Positions 35,313-49,991 of a stretch of 64,000 bases of DNA are shown in pieces. Every line of letters starts with the position of its first letter. The stretch's first letter is position 1. The translations under genes were made by a program, and so were the position numbers. The notes under the pieces were generated by a model. It was not told where the DNA came from and did no database searches. It saw nothing but the letters and a program-made list of their open reading frames with translations. The DNA comes from Mobula hypostoma. Lineage: Eukaryota. The stretch lies in NCBI RefSeq assembly GCF_963921235.1, contig NC_086097.1, forward strand, positions 161,202,001 through 161,266,000, written 5' to 3'.

Positions 35313-38177
35313 ATGAGTGATGCTAGTTGTAAACCAAGACAAAGTCAAGAGCTGCATCTTTGAAAGAATTGGTTTGTAAAATACAATATACCACCACAAG
35401 ACAAAAGATTTCACCTTTTCACTGGGTTAAAGGCTCAAGACTGTAAGTAAAAGAAGACAAGTCTGGTGAGAACAAACCTGTTTAAGAGGATGGGTCAAAT
35501 GTCTCTGCTGGCTTTATTGTCGAGTGTTGAATCAGTGAGTGTTGACAACACTAATGATAATGCACTTATTAGCCTTATCCATGCATGACTTTAGTATTAG
35601 TTCATTTCCTTCTGCTCCACAATCTCTGGTAAATGTTAGAAGACTAGTACATATCTATGCTTCAAAATATTAGCCCACTTGTAACACAGAACCTCTTCTT
35701 TCGCTCTGGTGGATAACAGACATGGATATGAAGGCACAATGGCCTCCTTCACTGTTGTAATGATTCCAAGCCCCAATAAGATCTTGTAGAGATAATTCAC
35801 TGCTTCAGGATATAGGGAGCTAAAAACAAGCCAGAAATGCTTGCTTGCACACTTGGTCCTGACAGCCACTTTGAAGTATGGCATATCATTTCTAAACAGC
35901 TCTTTAAATTTTATAGCAGATAGAACATAAGTCATTAATTTTTCGTTTGCCCAAATTTTTTACCTGATACTATAATCTATATTTTTAGTTTGAAGAAGAA
36001 GCTAACAATAGGGTTTATGGAAAAAAAATCCTAAAACAAATAGGGTCAGATGCAGCATGAAAGTGAAAACAAATTGGCAAATGGTTAGAAATAAAACAAA
36101 AAAAGTGATAATTATAATAACTTTGGACAGTAACTTTGCTTTTCCCAACAGAACCAGGATGGACTAGTTCTGCCATAGTGTAAAGTGAGCTAATGATAGA
36201 TTCACAGTAAAATATTTTCTCCAGCTATTTCTATCACAAAAGGTTTGTTGTATAAATGTACACTCCTTTGGGAATCCTGAATTCCTGACTGCATGTATCA
36301 GCAATTCACAAGCATACCAGACACAACCATTTGTCCATTAATGAATTACCAGTGGGAGAGACTCCCAACTGATGGCACTCATTTGATAAATTAGCTCTAA
36401 TGTGCCAACATGAAAAGCAATTAGAAAGAAGAGTTTTCAGAAATCTAATAATAACTATCTTATAGCCTCTCCATACATTGAATGATAATATCTATAATTT
36501 TCCTCAGCGCTGCCATAATTTACTACTGAATTTTTTTACCTATAGCACTGTAAAGAACATTTTGCTTTAACCAATTCTTCTGATATCAAAGGAGCACACT
36601 GTCATTAGGAATATTGTCTATCCTCCAGACCCCTATGAAGTACAGGAAATATTTTGTGAAGAGACATAAAGCTGTCAAAAGTTATTTCCAAAGGCAAAGG
36701 GATGTGGGGACACAAAACCAATATACTGTAACAAATTACCAAAGTAAGATGCATCGTGTATGAAAGCAGTTAATATCAATTTATTCAGAAGTAGCTAATT
36801 TGCGTTCATCAAACATTATATTTTACTGGGCACCATTTAGAATTACTAAAATGCAAAAGTCTACTTATTGCTTATTAAATAAGTTCCATTGAAAGCAGAT
36901 CACAAAAATAGTTCTCTTATCATTGAAGTCATAATTTTAAATTTCACAAGCATTCTTGTAACCAAGGGTCTTTCAGTAGATTACCTCAATAAGTTAATGA
37001 AGATGTGGATGGGGACTGGAACTTAGTGGAATATATTTTGTACAGGAATGATAAAAATTGAGGCCCTGTCTATCCACCAGGAATGGGACAGGTAAGTGCT
37101 TAAAATCACGTAATTCCCCCAACCCCCCCCCCCCACAGACACACACATAAAATTTCCAGTTTTAATTTTAATGGTGTAATGGAAAGAAACTAAAGGCTAA
37201 GTTGAAGAAGTGCCATATAAAAAGAGAAACAAATAAAATGCGGTATTCATCTCTGCCTTCCCCCTGAGATCACTGAAGTTCTTTCCTGAAACATACAGTA
37301 TCTATGTGCAAGGTTGACATTTTGATTGACATAAAAGTTTCTTTCCATGCTAGTGGACAAACTGATTTGTTACCTTCTTGTCACTGATATGAAATATGAG
37401 TTGCCTCTTTAACTTTACCTTCATCACAAGAGCTTCCAGAATCACTCTGGAAATCGTTGTGTCTTTCTGATCAAATATTTCACTTTAGAGATGCCACAAG
37501 AGAATTCCACTCACCTTTAAGAAATTAATTTCTATCTTAATAGGCTTTTTCCAACTTGCTGAGAGTTGCTTTCCAGATGTGTGCAGTTTAACAATTGCAT
37601 CAACCAATACCCACAGGTGAAATTAAAGTGACACCTGGGAATATATTAAAATCAGATTAACCTTTTTCAGTTAAAATAGGTTTTAACTGAACTCAAATTG
37701 AATCTTTTAAAAAATGAATTCAAAATTGAGCAGGGTGTTGATGGAATGAGAAGAACCACCATTAAAAAGTCACCTTTTTAAGGCAATTAACATAAAATAT
37801 TTAAGACCCTTGGCAAAGTAGACAGCAGATAAGATACGCTTTTCTACACAGAGGATGACCATGATAGGGACTACACAGATTTTGTTGATTCAATGGTAAC
37901 TTTCAAAAGTGAGCTGGTTTATACTTAAGATACATCATAAAAATATGGAATGATAGAGTCAGAAATGGAACAACTGAATAGCTCTTTCAAAGAGCCATCA
38001 AATGGCAAATGCCTTTCTTAACACTGCACGGCTAAAATCAAGGTTTAGTGCTGGTAGGAAGGAGGCAAGAATTTTCCGCAGTTCAGGTTTCAGTACAAAG
38101 CATTATGGGTAGGCAGCACTGAAGGTCAGAAAGCAAGGTGTTAGTGAAAGCTTGTGTGGAGATTTGTGGGTAGGTTG

Positions 38178-38598
38178 TGTCACGATGTGCACTGACAATA
38201 TTGGAACCCAAGTGCAGAGGAGAAGACAGACTCTGATGTAAAGATGGCAACGAGAGTTTATTCAGAATAATTCCAAAAGAATATCAGTGGCTTATCTGAC
38301 CGACACCCTGAGAAGTAACATTCTCAAATCTAGGACCCTGCAATGAGTGCTAATCAGGCATCCACTTAAATAATACAGGTAACGCAGAATCCCCAAGCCT
38401 ATCAAAATAAACTTAACAAGCTTAAACAGCAGGCACCAGGAGTCCACATTACAAAGAGCCAGTCGCTCATGAAAAACACAATGAACTCTAAACAATTGAC
38501 AACTGTTATTAAACAACAATTAACCAATTCATGTGCTCTAAAAACCTCAGCACCCAACACCCTCTGGCACCCCACGCAGGCCCCAAGAACTCATTACA
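38178..38598 (-). mobile_element. Probable old solo LTR
   Basis: TGTCA...TTACA ends; minus-strand AATAAA near 38260; imperfect 5-bp flanks GGTTG and AGCTG. Confidence 0.4.
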
Positions 38599-39258
38599 AG
38601 CTGAAGTAACAATATACATGAGGTTCTATCCAGTACTCGCACCCTTCTATATGTACTAGATATAAAGCAGCAGAAGCTAGTACAAGTAAATCATTAATTA
38701 TAAAGCTCAAAAATGTAATGAGTTGCATTTGTATAGCAACTTTCACATCCCTTTCAAAATATTCCAAGATGCTTTATATCCTGTGATGTACTCCTGAAGT
38801 GTCGTCCTTGTTATAATTGAAGAAACACAGAAGCCAATATGCACACACCATGTTCCCACAAACAATAATGCGTTAAGTACAGTGAAGGCAATTGAAGGAG
38901 GAATAATGGCCCAAGACAACAAGTATAATTACTCCTTCTCTTTTTTGCTGTGGAGCCATAAAAATACAAACCCCCTCAACATATCACAGAAGTGTCATTG
39001 TATATCTTTCCATATCAGTTCAAGGACTTGAAGGCTGAAATGTTCATTTCCTGCTGTAAGCGTTAAAGCAACTGAGTTGTGGCTAGGTTAGTGGAGAATT
39101 TGCCTGTCCGTCGAAAGGAGCTTAGTTCAAGTTTACTCCAGAAATGTGAGCACATAATTTTAGACTGATATTCCAGTGCAGTACTGGGGGGATGTTGCTT
39201 TGGAAAAGGCTTTTTGTAAATTTTTGGCTGTGGCTTTAAAATTAAAGCCATAGAAAAT

Positions 39259-40142
39259 AAAGTTTAAAGTACAACTTATTGTCAGAGTTCATATATGTCA
39301 CCACATACAACTCTGAGATTCCTTTTCCCGTGGGCATTCTTATCAAATCTATAGAAAAGTAACTGTAAACAGGATCAATGAACAACAAACTCTGCAAATT
39401 TGTAAATAAATAGCAATAAATAATGAGTATGAAATAACATGAAATGAAAGAGCATAAAATAACAAGGTAAAGAGTCCTTAAAGTGAGACCATCAGTTGTA
39501 GGAACACCAGAAATAGAATGAGAGTAATTATCCCCTGCTGTTCAAGAGCCTGATGGCTGAGGGGTAGCCACTGTTCTTGAACCTGCTGGAGTGAGTCCTG
39601 AGGCTCTTGATCGTTCCACTTGATGGCAGCAGCAAGAAAAGAGCATGGCCTGGATGGTGGATGCTGCTTTTCTACAGCAACGTTTCATGTAGATGTGCTC
39701 AATGGTTGTGAGGGCCTTGCCCGTGATGTACTGGGCAGAATCCACTACCTTTTGTAGGATTTTCCACTCAAAAGCATTGGTGTTCCCATACCAGGCCGTA
39801 ATGCAGCCAGTCAGCAAGATTTCCACCACACAGCTATAGAAGTTGCCAAGGTTTTTGATGACATGCCAAATCTCTGCAGGCTCTAGAGAAAGTAGAGGCA
39901 CTGTTGTGCTTTCTTTGCTGTTTTATTTATATGTTGGGTCCAGGAGAGGTCCTCTGAGATAATGACACCCAGGAATTTAGTTACTGACCCTCTCCACCTC
40001 TGATCCTCCGATGAGTACTGGCTCATGGACCTCTGGTTTCCCTCTCTGAAGTCTGCAATCAGTTCTGTGGTCTTTTTGACATTGAGTGAGAGGTTGTTGT
40101 CATTACACCAACCGCCCTCCTGTATGCTGATTCATCTCTACC
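39259..40142 (-). mobile_element. Rex1/Babar LINE 3' fragment
   Basis: NFYSCVVEILLTGCITAWYGN...LQKVVDSAQYITG; same family as 33324-34500. Confidence 0.85.
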
Positions 40143-40492
40143 CTTGAAACCCTTGATAAGGTTCATTACTGGGGTAAAGGAGTTTAGAAAAATTAGAGGT
40201 GAATTTGAGATATTGTAAATTAGAGCAGAATTGGCAGTGTGGGTGCTGAGAGGATGTTACTTCATGTTTCCCCTCATGGAGGAATCTGGAATTAATGTTG
40301 ACAATTTCGCATGGAGAAGGAAAGGATATTTTTTCAAGTGTCTTTGATCATTGAAATTCTTTACTAAGGAACTGTCATTGAATGCATTCAAGGCTGAGAT
40401 AAACAGATTTTTTGACTTTTGAGGGCAAAGGGTTATGGGGATTAGACAAGGCAGTGCAGTTGAGGCTGATATCACATCAGCCATTGCCTCAT

Positions 40493-42470
40493 TATAACCA
40501 TATAACCATATAACAATTACAGCACAGAAACAGGCCATCTCAGCCATTCTAGTCCATGCCGAACTCTTACTCTCACCTAGTCCCACCGACCTGCACTCAG
40601 ACCATAACCCTCCATTCCTATCCTGTGCACATAGCTGTCCAATTTAACTTTAAATGATAACATCGAACCTGCCACAACCACTTCTGCTGGAAGCTCATTC
40701 CACACAGCTACCACTCTGAGTAAAGAAGCTCCCCCTCATGTACCCCTAAACATTTGCCCTTTAACTCTCAACTCATGTCCTCTTGTTTGAATCTCCCCTA
40801 CTCTCAATGGAAAAAGCCTATCCAATGTCAAATCTATCTATCCCCCTCATAATTTTAAATACCTCTATCAAGTCCCCCCCTCAACCTTCTACATTCCAAA
40901 GAATAAAGAGCTAACTTGTTCAACCTTTCTCTGTAACTTAGGTGATGAAACCCAGGTAACATTCTAGTAAATCTTCTCTTTACTCTCTCTCTATTTTGTT
41001 GACATCTTTCCTATAATTCGATGACCAAAACTGTACACAATACTCCAAATTTGGCCTCACCAATGCCTTGTACAATTTCAACACTACATCCCAACTCCTA
41101 TACTCAATGCTCTGATTTATAAAGGCCAGCATACCAAAAGCCTTCTTCACCACCCTATCCACATGAGATTCCACCTTCAGGGAACTATGCACCATTATTC
41201 CTAGATCCCTCTGTTCTACTGCATTTTTCAATGCCCTACCATTTACCATGTATGTCATATTTTGATTAGTGCTACCAAAATGTAGCACCTCACATTTATC
41301 AGCATTAAACTCCATCTGCCATCTTTCAGCCCACTCTTCTAACTGGCCTATATCTCTCTGCAAGCTTTGAAAACCTACTTCATTATCCACAACGTCACCT
41401 ATCTTAGTATCATCTACATACTTACTCATCCAATTTACCACCCCATCATCCAGATCATTAATGTATATGACAAATAACATTGGACCCAGTACAGATCCCT
41501 GAGGCACATCATTAGTCACCGACCTCCAATCTAACAAACAGTTATCCATCGCTACTCTCTGGCGTCTCCCATCCAGCCACTGCTGAATCCATTTTACTAC
41601 TTCAATATTAATACCTAATGATTGAACCTTCCTAACCAACCTTCCGTGTGGGACCTTATCAAAGGCCTTACTGAAGTCCATATAGACAACATCCACCGCT
41701 TTACCATCGTCAACTTTCCTAGTAACCTCTTCAAAAAATTCAATCAGATTTGACAAACATGACCTTCCACGCACAAATCCATGTTGACTGTTCCCAGTCA
41801 GGCCCTGTCCATCCAGATAATTATATATACTATCTCTAAGAATACTTTCCATCAATTTACCCATCACTGACGTCAAACTCACCGGCCGCTAATTGCTAAG
41901 TTTACTCTTAGAACCCTTTTTCAACAATGGAACAACATTAGCAATACGCCAATCCTCCGGCACCATCCCTGTTTCTAATGGCATTTGAAATATTTCTGTC
42001 AGAGCCACTGCTATTTCCACACTAACTTCCCTCAAGGTCGTAGGGAATATCCTGTCAGGACCCGGAGACTTATCCACTTTTATATTCCTTAAAAGCTCCA
42101 GTACTTCCTCTTCTTTAAATATCATAGTTTCCATAACTTCCCTACTTGTTTCCCTTATCTTACACAATTCAATATCCTTCTCCTTAGTGAATACCAAACA
42201 AAAGAAATTGTTCAGAATCTCCCCCAACTCCTATAGCTCCACACATAGCTGTCCACTCTGATTCTCTAAGGGACCAATTTTATCCCTCACTACCCTTTTG
42301 CTATTAATATAACGGTAGAAACCCTTGGGATTTATTTTCACCTTACTTGCCAAAGTAACCTTATCTCTTCTTTTAGCTTTTCTAATTTCTTTCTTAAGAT
42401 TCTTTTTACATTCTTTATAATCCTCGAGTACCTCATTTACTCCATGATGCCTATATTTATTGTAGATATA
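40493..42470 (-). mobile_element. 5'-truncated CR1 LINE
   Basis: ORFs 41889..42227 and 40980..41882 (RT); (TATAACCATA)n tail; same subfamily as 8371-9457. Confidence 0.93.
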
Positions 42471-42734
42471 TTATATGGTGGAGCAAGTTTAAGAAACCAT
42501 TTGCCTATCCAGCTCCTATTTATTTTCTTCTTCTATCTCCATCAATCCCATTTCACTTCCAACAGAACCTTCCCATATAAGCATGGGAAACAAAATACCT
42601 TCTCTTTTAGACAACCACTTTTACACATTCCAGCACTTCAAACACTTCTGTCATGGAACAAGAAATTTACCTGTAGATCCTTCAGTTTACTAAATTGCTT
42701 TTGCTTATTTCCATGGGAAACAATAATTATGAGC

Positions 42735-43152
42735 ATTTTACCAAGATTCAAGATACAGAATTGTAGAGGGAGGTTGAGCATGCTAGAGCTTTATTCATTG
42801 GAGCACAGGAGACTGATGAGTGATACTATAATATAACGAGGGCACAGAAAGAGTGAATGAGTATAGTCTTGCTCCCACGGATAGAGAATCTAAGTGAGAG
42901 GGGAAATGTTTAATAGGAACCAAAGGGGCAACATTTTCACCCAAAGGATGGTCAGTGTACGGAACAAGCTGCTGGAGGAAGTGACTGAGGCAAGTACACC
43001 AAGAAAATTTAAAAGGAATGGTAAGTATATGGATAGGAAAGGTTTAGAAGGATATGGGCAAATGTGGGAAATTGGGACTAGCTTAGATGGGAATCTTGGT
43101 TAGCATGGAATGTTTGGGCTGAAGGGCCTATTTCCTGGCTGTATGACTCTAA
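42735..43152 (+). mobile_element. Decayed CR1 3' end
   Basis: LELYSLEHRRL; RGNIFTQRMVSVRNKL; GAAGGGCCTATTTCCTGGCTGTATGACTCTA. Confidence 0.75.
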
Positions 43153-43999
43153 GACATCATAACATTTCCAGAGACTGTATCACACTCCCAGAACCCTGCC
43201 AGTGAAATTTGGAATAAAGTGTTTTCTGAGTGAACCAAATTCTGACTCCTTTCACTCTCTTCTGGAACACTGAGAAAGAATAATAATGCTAAAATATTGT
43301 GCTTCCATTCAAAGAACTTGTTTCAAGCATATTTTCCTTTGCAAGTCTTGTCCAGTGGTCCGAAACTATCAGCTAATGGGGCCATCTGTCAGAGAGAATA
43401 TGTATTACATCATTTAGCGAAGCCATTTTGATGGTGGAATAACCTGTACCATGGCAATAATATATCAAAAAAACTGCTGAGAACTAAGAATATTGGCAAA
43501 TAGTAATAGAAGCACATTCAAAAATAGCTCTTAAAAATTGATTACATACTTGAAGAGTAAAAAGGGGAACGAGCTGGAGACTTGAAAATAATGAACATTT
43601 GATACAATGGTCTCCTTAGGTACTGTTTAAATTCTGTAATTATATGGATCTAGAAATAATAAATTAAAACTTCAATCATTGCAATTGTTAGTGAACAGGA
43701 TGTAGTTTATAGACAATAAAATCATAGTCTGGAAACTGGGTAACAAAAAAATCATCTCAGGAATATTAATCCAACTGACAGTATAGTATGGCTGCTGATA
43801 CAATCTGCTCTTAGTTCGAACTTGCTTGATTCAAGTGATGAATAATTTTGATGCTTGCAGTGTGAAACAGGATATTTATTCCTGTACCCTGAGATTCTTT
43901 GTACTTTGAATGGCTAATTCAATGTAGAGTTCAATTCAGGTGAGCAATCATATTCTAATTGTAAAGAAAATGGCCCAGCTTCTTGGTATTCTTAAGTTA

Positions 44000-44466
44000 A
44001 GATGTTAACAAACTTCTACCGATCTACTGTTGAAAGTATCCTGACTAGTTGCATCATGGTCTGGTACAACAATTTCAATGCACTGGAAGTTGCAGAGACT
44101 AATGGACTCTGCCCAATACGTCATGGGCACATCCGTCCAATTGGTAAAATCTACAGAAGCTGCTGCCTCAAGAAGGCACCATCCATCATCAAAGATGCAC
44201 ACCGTTCGGGCTATGCATTTTTTCGCAGCTACCACCAGGCAGGAAGTACAAAGGCCTGAAATCCCACAAAACCAGCTTCACCAACAGCAACTTCTCTTAA
44301 ACCGTTTGGTTCTGGAAGCAAATGGCAAAACCCTAAACACTACAGCTTAGCAGCACTATCGACGCTTTGATCACTTTGCACAAAAATGGATATTTTTGTT
44401 CCCATTATGTTCTTTCTTGTAAAATTGGGTATAATTGTGTATGAATGCTGCTTATATGATGCTATG
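44000..44466 (+). mobile_element. Old Rex1/Babar 3' fragment, split by the Gypsy element (continues at 52104-52185)
   Basis: LTNFYRSTVESILTSCIMVWY; the 3' UTR resumes after the CTATG duplication. Confidence 0.75.
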
Positions 44467-44474
44467 TGTAATGT

Positions 44475-45108
44475 ATTGATGCAGCTATAAAGAAGGCAAG
44501 GCAGTGGCTATATCTCATCAGGAATTTGAAGAGATTTAGTTTGTCAACTAAAACACTCGAAAACCTTTATAGATGTACCATGAAGAACATTCTGACAGGC
44601 TGCATCACTGTCTGGTATGGGGGTGGGGGCTACCGCACAGTATTGAAAGAAGCTACAGAAAGTCGTAAAATTAGTCAGCTCCATCTTGGGTATTAGCCTT
44701 CATAGTACCCAAGACATCTTCAAGGAGCAGTGCCTCAGAAAGATGACATCCATTATTAAGGACCCCCATCACCCAGGACATGCCCTCTTCTCATTGATAC
44801 CATCAGGTATGAGGTACAGAAGCCTGAAAGCACATACTCAGCAATTCAGAAACTGTTTCTTCCCCTCTGCCATACAATTCCTAAATGGACGATGAATCAA
44901 TGAACACTACCTCACTTTTTCTTTGATATATTTTATTTCTGTTTTTGCACTATTTTTAATCTATTCAATACACATATATATACTTGCAGTAATTGATTTA
45001 CTTATTTATTTTTATTTCTTTCTTCTCTACTATCATGTATTGCATTGAACTGCTGCAGCTAAGTTAACAAATTTCAAGACACATGCCCATGATAATAAAC
45101 CTGATTCT
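44475..45108 (+). mobile_element. Rex1/Babar 3' fragment inserted in the Gypsy 5' LTR
   Basis: IIKDPHHPGHALFSLIPSGMRYRSLKAHTQQFRNCFFPSAIQFLN; tail AATAAACCTGATTCTG. Confidence 0.85.
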
Positions 45109-45850
45109 GGATCAATTTCTTTTAGTGCCATAACTCCCCTTAGCACTAATTATTGACTGATAACTTATGCATACACATTGATTTGTTGTTGTCTCTGCAA
45201 AGTGAATATACACGTTAACTTCACCTCTGAATGCATGCCTTTATTTATTTGGTACGTAGTTGTACTGACACAACAATTTGGCGATGAGTACGAACCTGAA
45301 TGTCAGCGAATATCACCAACTGCTCTGACAATTACGAGATGACAGAATGTTCAGGAAAGGAGAGAGACAGCCAGAGGAAAGAGTGAACCAGTACGGTGAC
45401 GGAGAAGGTGATCACAGATGCTAGAGAAGGGTGTGTGAGTAATGTTGCACAGTAAACAGTGAGAGACACCCATCTAGCAAATCTAAATAAAAATAACGTA
45501 ACGATGGCCTTAGTCGACGAAGTTGATAAATTTGATGGTGCTAATGAAGACTGGGAATCATATCTCAAGAGTGTTGAATTGTATTGTTATGTTAACAATA
45601 TAGAGAAGGTAAAGAAACTCTCTTCACTTCTTAGCTTAATGGGCACTAGAATGTACAGTCTCTTATACAACTTAGTAACTCCTGAAAAGCCAGCAAGCAA
45701 GACATTTGATGAAATTGTTGCAAGTTTACAAAATCACTTGAGCCCAAAATCGCTAATAACAGCTGAGAGATTTAGATTTCACAAAAGAAACCAGTCAAAG
45801 GATGAAAACATTGTTGAAAACATTGCAGAACTGTGCAAACTTTCCTAATA

Positions 45851-47462
45851 CAGGTTTCCCCCGCCATCCGAAGGTAGAGCATTCCTATGAAACGGTTCGT
45901 AAGCCGGAATGTCGTAAAGCGAAGAAGCAATTACCATTAGTTTATATGGGAAAAATTTGTGAGCGTTCGCAGACCTAAAAATAACCTACCAAATCATGCC
46001 AAATAGCACATAAAGCCTAAAATAACAGTAACATTTAGTAAAAGCAGGAATGATATGATGAATACACAGCCTATATAAAGTAGAAATACTTTTCCACAAT
46101 CATTGCCGCGCTGTTCTCCGTAGCGAAAATCTCACGCAAGCACTTTCGGCAGAAACACGGCGCAAGCGCTCTCCAGTAACCTTAAGCTATGAAGCTGCCA
46201 AATCATCCCAAATAACACATAAAAATACACAGCCTAGATAAAGTAGAAATAATGTATGTACAGTGTAGTATCACTTACCGGAATTGGGACAGTGCCGAGC
46301 ACACTGATGGTGTGTTAGGCTGAGTCGTCAGAGGTTGGGGTGGTGCAGTGGCCCCCACCCTTGGGGCAGCAAACCGATCTCGATCCACGAAGAATGCAGG
46401 GGTACAGCGATAGTCGGGACGCACCCAGCACATCTTTAAGAAAAAAGCCGAAATAAACAAGCTAATTGATTAGGTGCCACCCAGCACGTAATTGTCGGCC
46501 CAGATCAGAGGCAACGCAATCAGCAATCGTCTCTAATCTGGGCCAACATTTACATGCCAGGCGGCACCTAATTCATTAGCTTGTTTATTTCGGCTTTTTT
46601 CTTAAAGATGTGTTGGGTGCCTCCCGGCTACTGCTGCCTTCTCCGCGACCTGGCTACCGCTGCATTCTCCGTGAATCAGTATCTGTCCGCGGCCCGGGGG
46701 TTGGGGTGGTGGGACACTGGGGTGTTCTCTGTTTCCATCAGGGCAGGCAGGTTATCTTCTCCTATGTCTGCCTGCCTCGATGTCGAAGGTCGTGGTTCGT
46801 CATCTGCTGTGGCTGATGTGGAAGGCTTGCTTGACTGTTTAGCCTCACGCATTTTTCTATCATAGAGTTCTTTGTAAGGACTCAAACCATCCTGCAAATA
46901 TGCCATAAAGCTGTGTACCCTTTCAAAATTGAAGTCGTACTTTATCATTGCAGTGAAAATCTCACGCAGTTGCTTCACGTTCAGTTCCTGGACGACTTCA
47001 CTTTCGGTCCGTTCGCTACTGCATTTGGTTTCAATTGTTATCCTTTCCTCTCCAATTGCATCAGCTCTTCATCTATCAGTTCTTGGTCACGGGATGCCAA
47101 AACCTCTTCAACATCATCTTCGTCAGCTTCCACAAGCCAAACTTACATTGTCCTTACTTGGTTCACCACGATCGAAATGCTTAATTATGTCTAGTTTTAC
47201 TCTAAGTGTAACACCCTTACAAGCTCTTTTAGACTTTTCCGATACCTTAAAACTCATCTTGCTAACGGCTGCTCACAGGCATGTGTTTAAGCAATGCCAG
47301 CGATAATGCAGTTCCGGGGGAGGAGCTTGGCTGCTCGGGGCGCGTGCTGTTTTTTTTCGTAACAGTGAAAATACCTTCTGTTAGCGAAAACAGGTAACTA
47401 ATGTAGGTCTTTCATAACAGTGAGGTTCCTTAAAGTGAACATTCGAAAAGCGGAGATACCTG
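45851..47462 (-). mobile_element. Tigger/pogo (Tc1-mariner superfamily) internally deleted DNA transposon
   Basis: TA TSD (45849-45850 and 47463-47464); TIRs CAGGTTTCCCCCG and CGGAGATACCTG; transposase N- and C-terminal remnants; gag reading is restored when the element is removed. Confidence 0.88.
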
Positions 47463-49991
47463 TACTGTGACTTTAGAGATGGACTTTCAGATGCATTAAG
47501 GGATAGGCTTATATGTGGCATGCATAGTCAAAGCACTCAAAAGAGGCTACTGTCAGAAAGAGACCTAACCTTAGAGTGAGCATTGTCCATTGCAATATCA
47601 TGAGAAGCTGCAGCAGAAGATGCAACAGAACTACAGAAAAAGTGTTTAGAATGTGAAATGCACAAAATGTCACTGAATGGTGCAAAAAGAAAAAATGTTA
47701 TCGATGTGGCAAAACCTCCTACAATGCAAATGACTGTTGGTTCAAACAAAAAGTTTACAGAAAGTGTCACAGGCAAGGCCACATAGATAGTCAGACTGTG
47801 CAAGTCAGACAAGAAGCACAACCAAAGAAAAAAAATCACACAGAGTGAAAAGTTTCAAACACAAAACCAAACAAGTACAAAAAGTGTCTAAATGTCCAAC
47901 TGAATCAGACAACACAGAGTTGACAAAGGTGAGCTACAATGCTTAAAACTGTATAACATTACTGAAGCAGATCAGAAAATCATACGGATCACAACAGATG
48001 TGTCAGGTGTAAAACTAAAAATGGAGCTGGATACATGGTCTGCGTTGTCCATAATTTCAGAAACTGACTACAACAGACTGATTTTTAAGCTACCATTAGA
48101 AAAGACCTTGGTGATGCCAAAGACTTACACTGGTGAAAATGTGTCTTCCAAGGGCAAACTAAAAGTAAATGTGAATAACATAGGCAAAACACAGCAGGTA
48201 AAGTTTTATGTGTTGAAAAATGGAGGGCCAGCACTATTCAGACGTGAATGATTGAGAAAAGTCCAACTAGACTAGCACACAATCAAAGCTCTCAATGCGT
48301 CATCAACAGGCAACTGCAGCCCAAATGGTAACACTAACCTGAGATTGTTACCGTTGCTTAATGCTAATGAGAAGGTGTTTGAGATGGGGATTGGTAAACT
48401 CAAAGGTGTGACAGCCAGAATTGACCTGGATGAAGCAGCAATATCAAGATTCCATAAAACGCATCCAATACCTTACGCACTACGTCCTAAAGTGGATGCT
48501 CAACTTCAGAGCTTGAAGGCGTTTCGCATTCTTTTCAAGATTGTGTGGAGTGATTGGGCCATGCCCATTGTCCTGCTGATCAAGAAGGGAAGGCCAGAAA
48601 TGTTCAATTATGCAGGGACTTCAAAGTGAGCATCAACCCTGTGCTGTGTACTGTGCAGTATCCCCTACCACGAATAGAAGACATGTTTGCATCTTTGCCA
48701 GGTGGGAAGAGGTTTTCAAAGATTGACTTATCACAAGCCTATCAGCAAATGGAGATTGTGAAGTCAAGCAGGAAGTTACTCACAATCAACACTCACAAGG
48801 GACCGTTCCAGTATAATCGTCTTATTTTGGCGTCACATCAGCTCCAGCAATTTGGCAAACAGCAATGGACTAAGTGCTTCAAGATGCACCGGGAACACAA
48901 TGTCACCTTGTGGTCATCATTGTGACTGGCAGGAATGATGAAGAACTTTGGTAAAGTGCTTACTGGGCTGAGACAGTATGGTCTGCGTGCAAAGAAAGAG
49001 AAATGTGAATTTTTCAAGAATGAATTCTCATATTGTGGACATGCCATTGACAAGCTTGGCTTATGTAAGTCACAAGAGAAGATTGAAGCAGTACTACAGG
49101 CACCCAAACCAGAAAATGTGTCACAACTCAGGTCACACTTGGGCCTTGTAAACTATAACCACGGGTTTCTCCCAAATATTGCTACAGTGCTGCATCCATT
49201 TAGTGCACTGTTACAGACAGGAGCAAAGTGGGAATGATCAGAAAGACGTGAAAGAGCATTCAAGGAAAGAAAGAGACTACTAACATCAGATGAACTGCTC
49301 ACAAATTGTGATTGATCTCTGCCCATCAGGCTGGCGTGTGATGAATCCCTTATGGCATTGGTACCATTTTGCCATATACGATGAAAGTTGGATCTGAACA
49401 CCCAATAGCAGTTGCTTCAAGATCACTGACGAGCACAGAACATAACTACAAACAGATTGACCGAGAGGCCCTTAGTCCAGAATGGGAATAAAGATGTTCC
49501 ACCACTACATCTATGAACAAAAGTGACAGAACACCAGTCCCTTGCGTCTATTTTCAATTCCAGGAAGGAAATCTTAGTGATTTCCAGTTGTACTTTTCTT
49601 AGGAGCTCACTCTTATGACAAAGAGTTCAAGGGTATCAAACAACACAGCAGTCCTGATGGATTTTCACGTCTTCCACTGTTGACGACTGAAGAAGAGAAG
49701 TCTTTGCTCTCTCATCCAGCAGAGTGTTCCGCACCACGTTGGTGGACAAGCTGCAGTAACAAATTCTGAAATGCAAAGAGAAACAAGGAATGACCCAACA
49801 TTATCAAAATTCTACGGCATCATCAAGCGAGGCTGGCCAGCTTGTGGTAATCCTATGTTTCCAGAGTTCTCAGTGAGATGAGACTAACTGTCTTTATGTC
49901 AAAGCACACTGATGTGTGGGTCTTGTGTTGTGATTCCCTCTAAACTATGTACCAGAGTGTTAGAGAATCTGCATGAAGGACACCTGGGTAC

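Noticed and set aside
35636..35935. 99-aa minus-strand ORF in unique sequence
   Set aside because: No motif, no recognisable homology and no clear splice signals; expected by chance.
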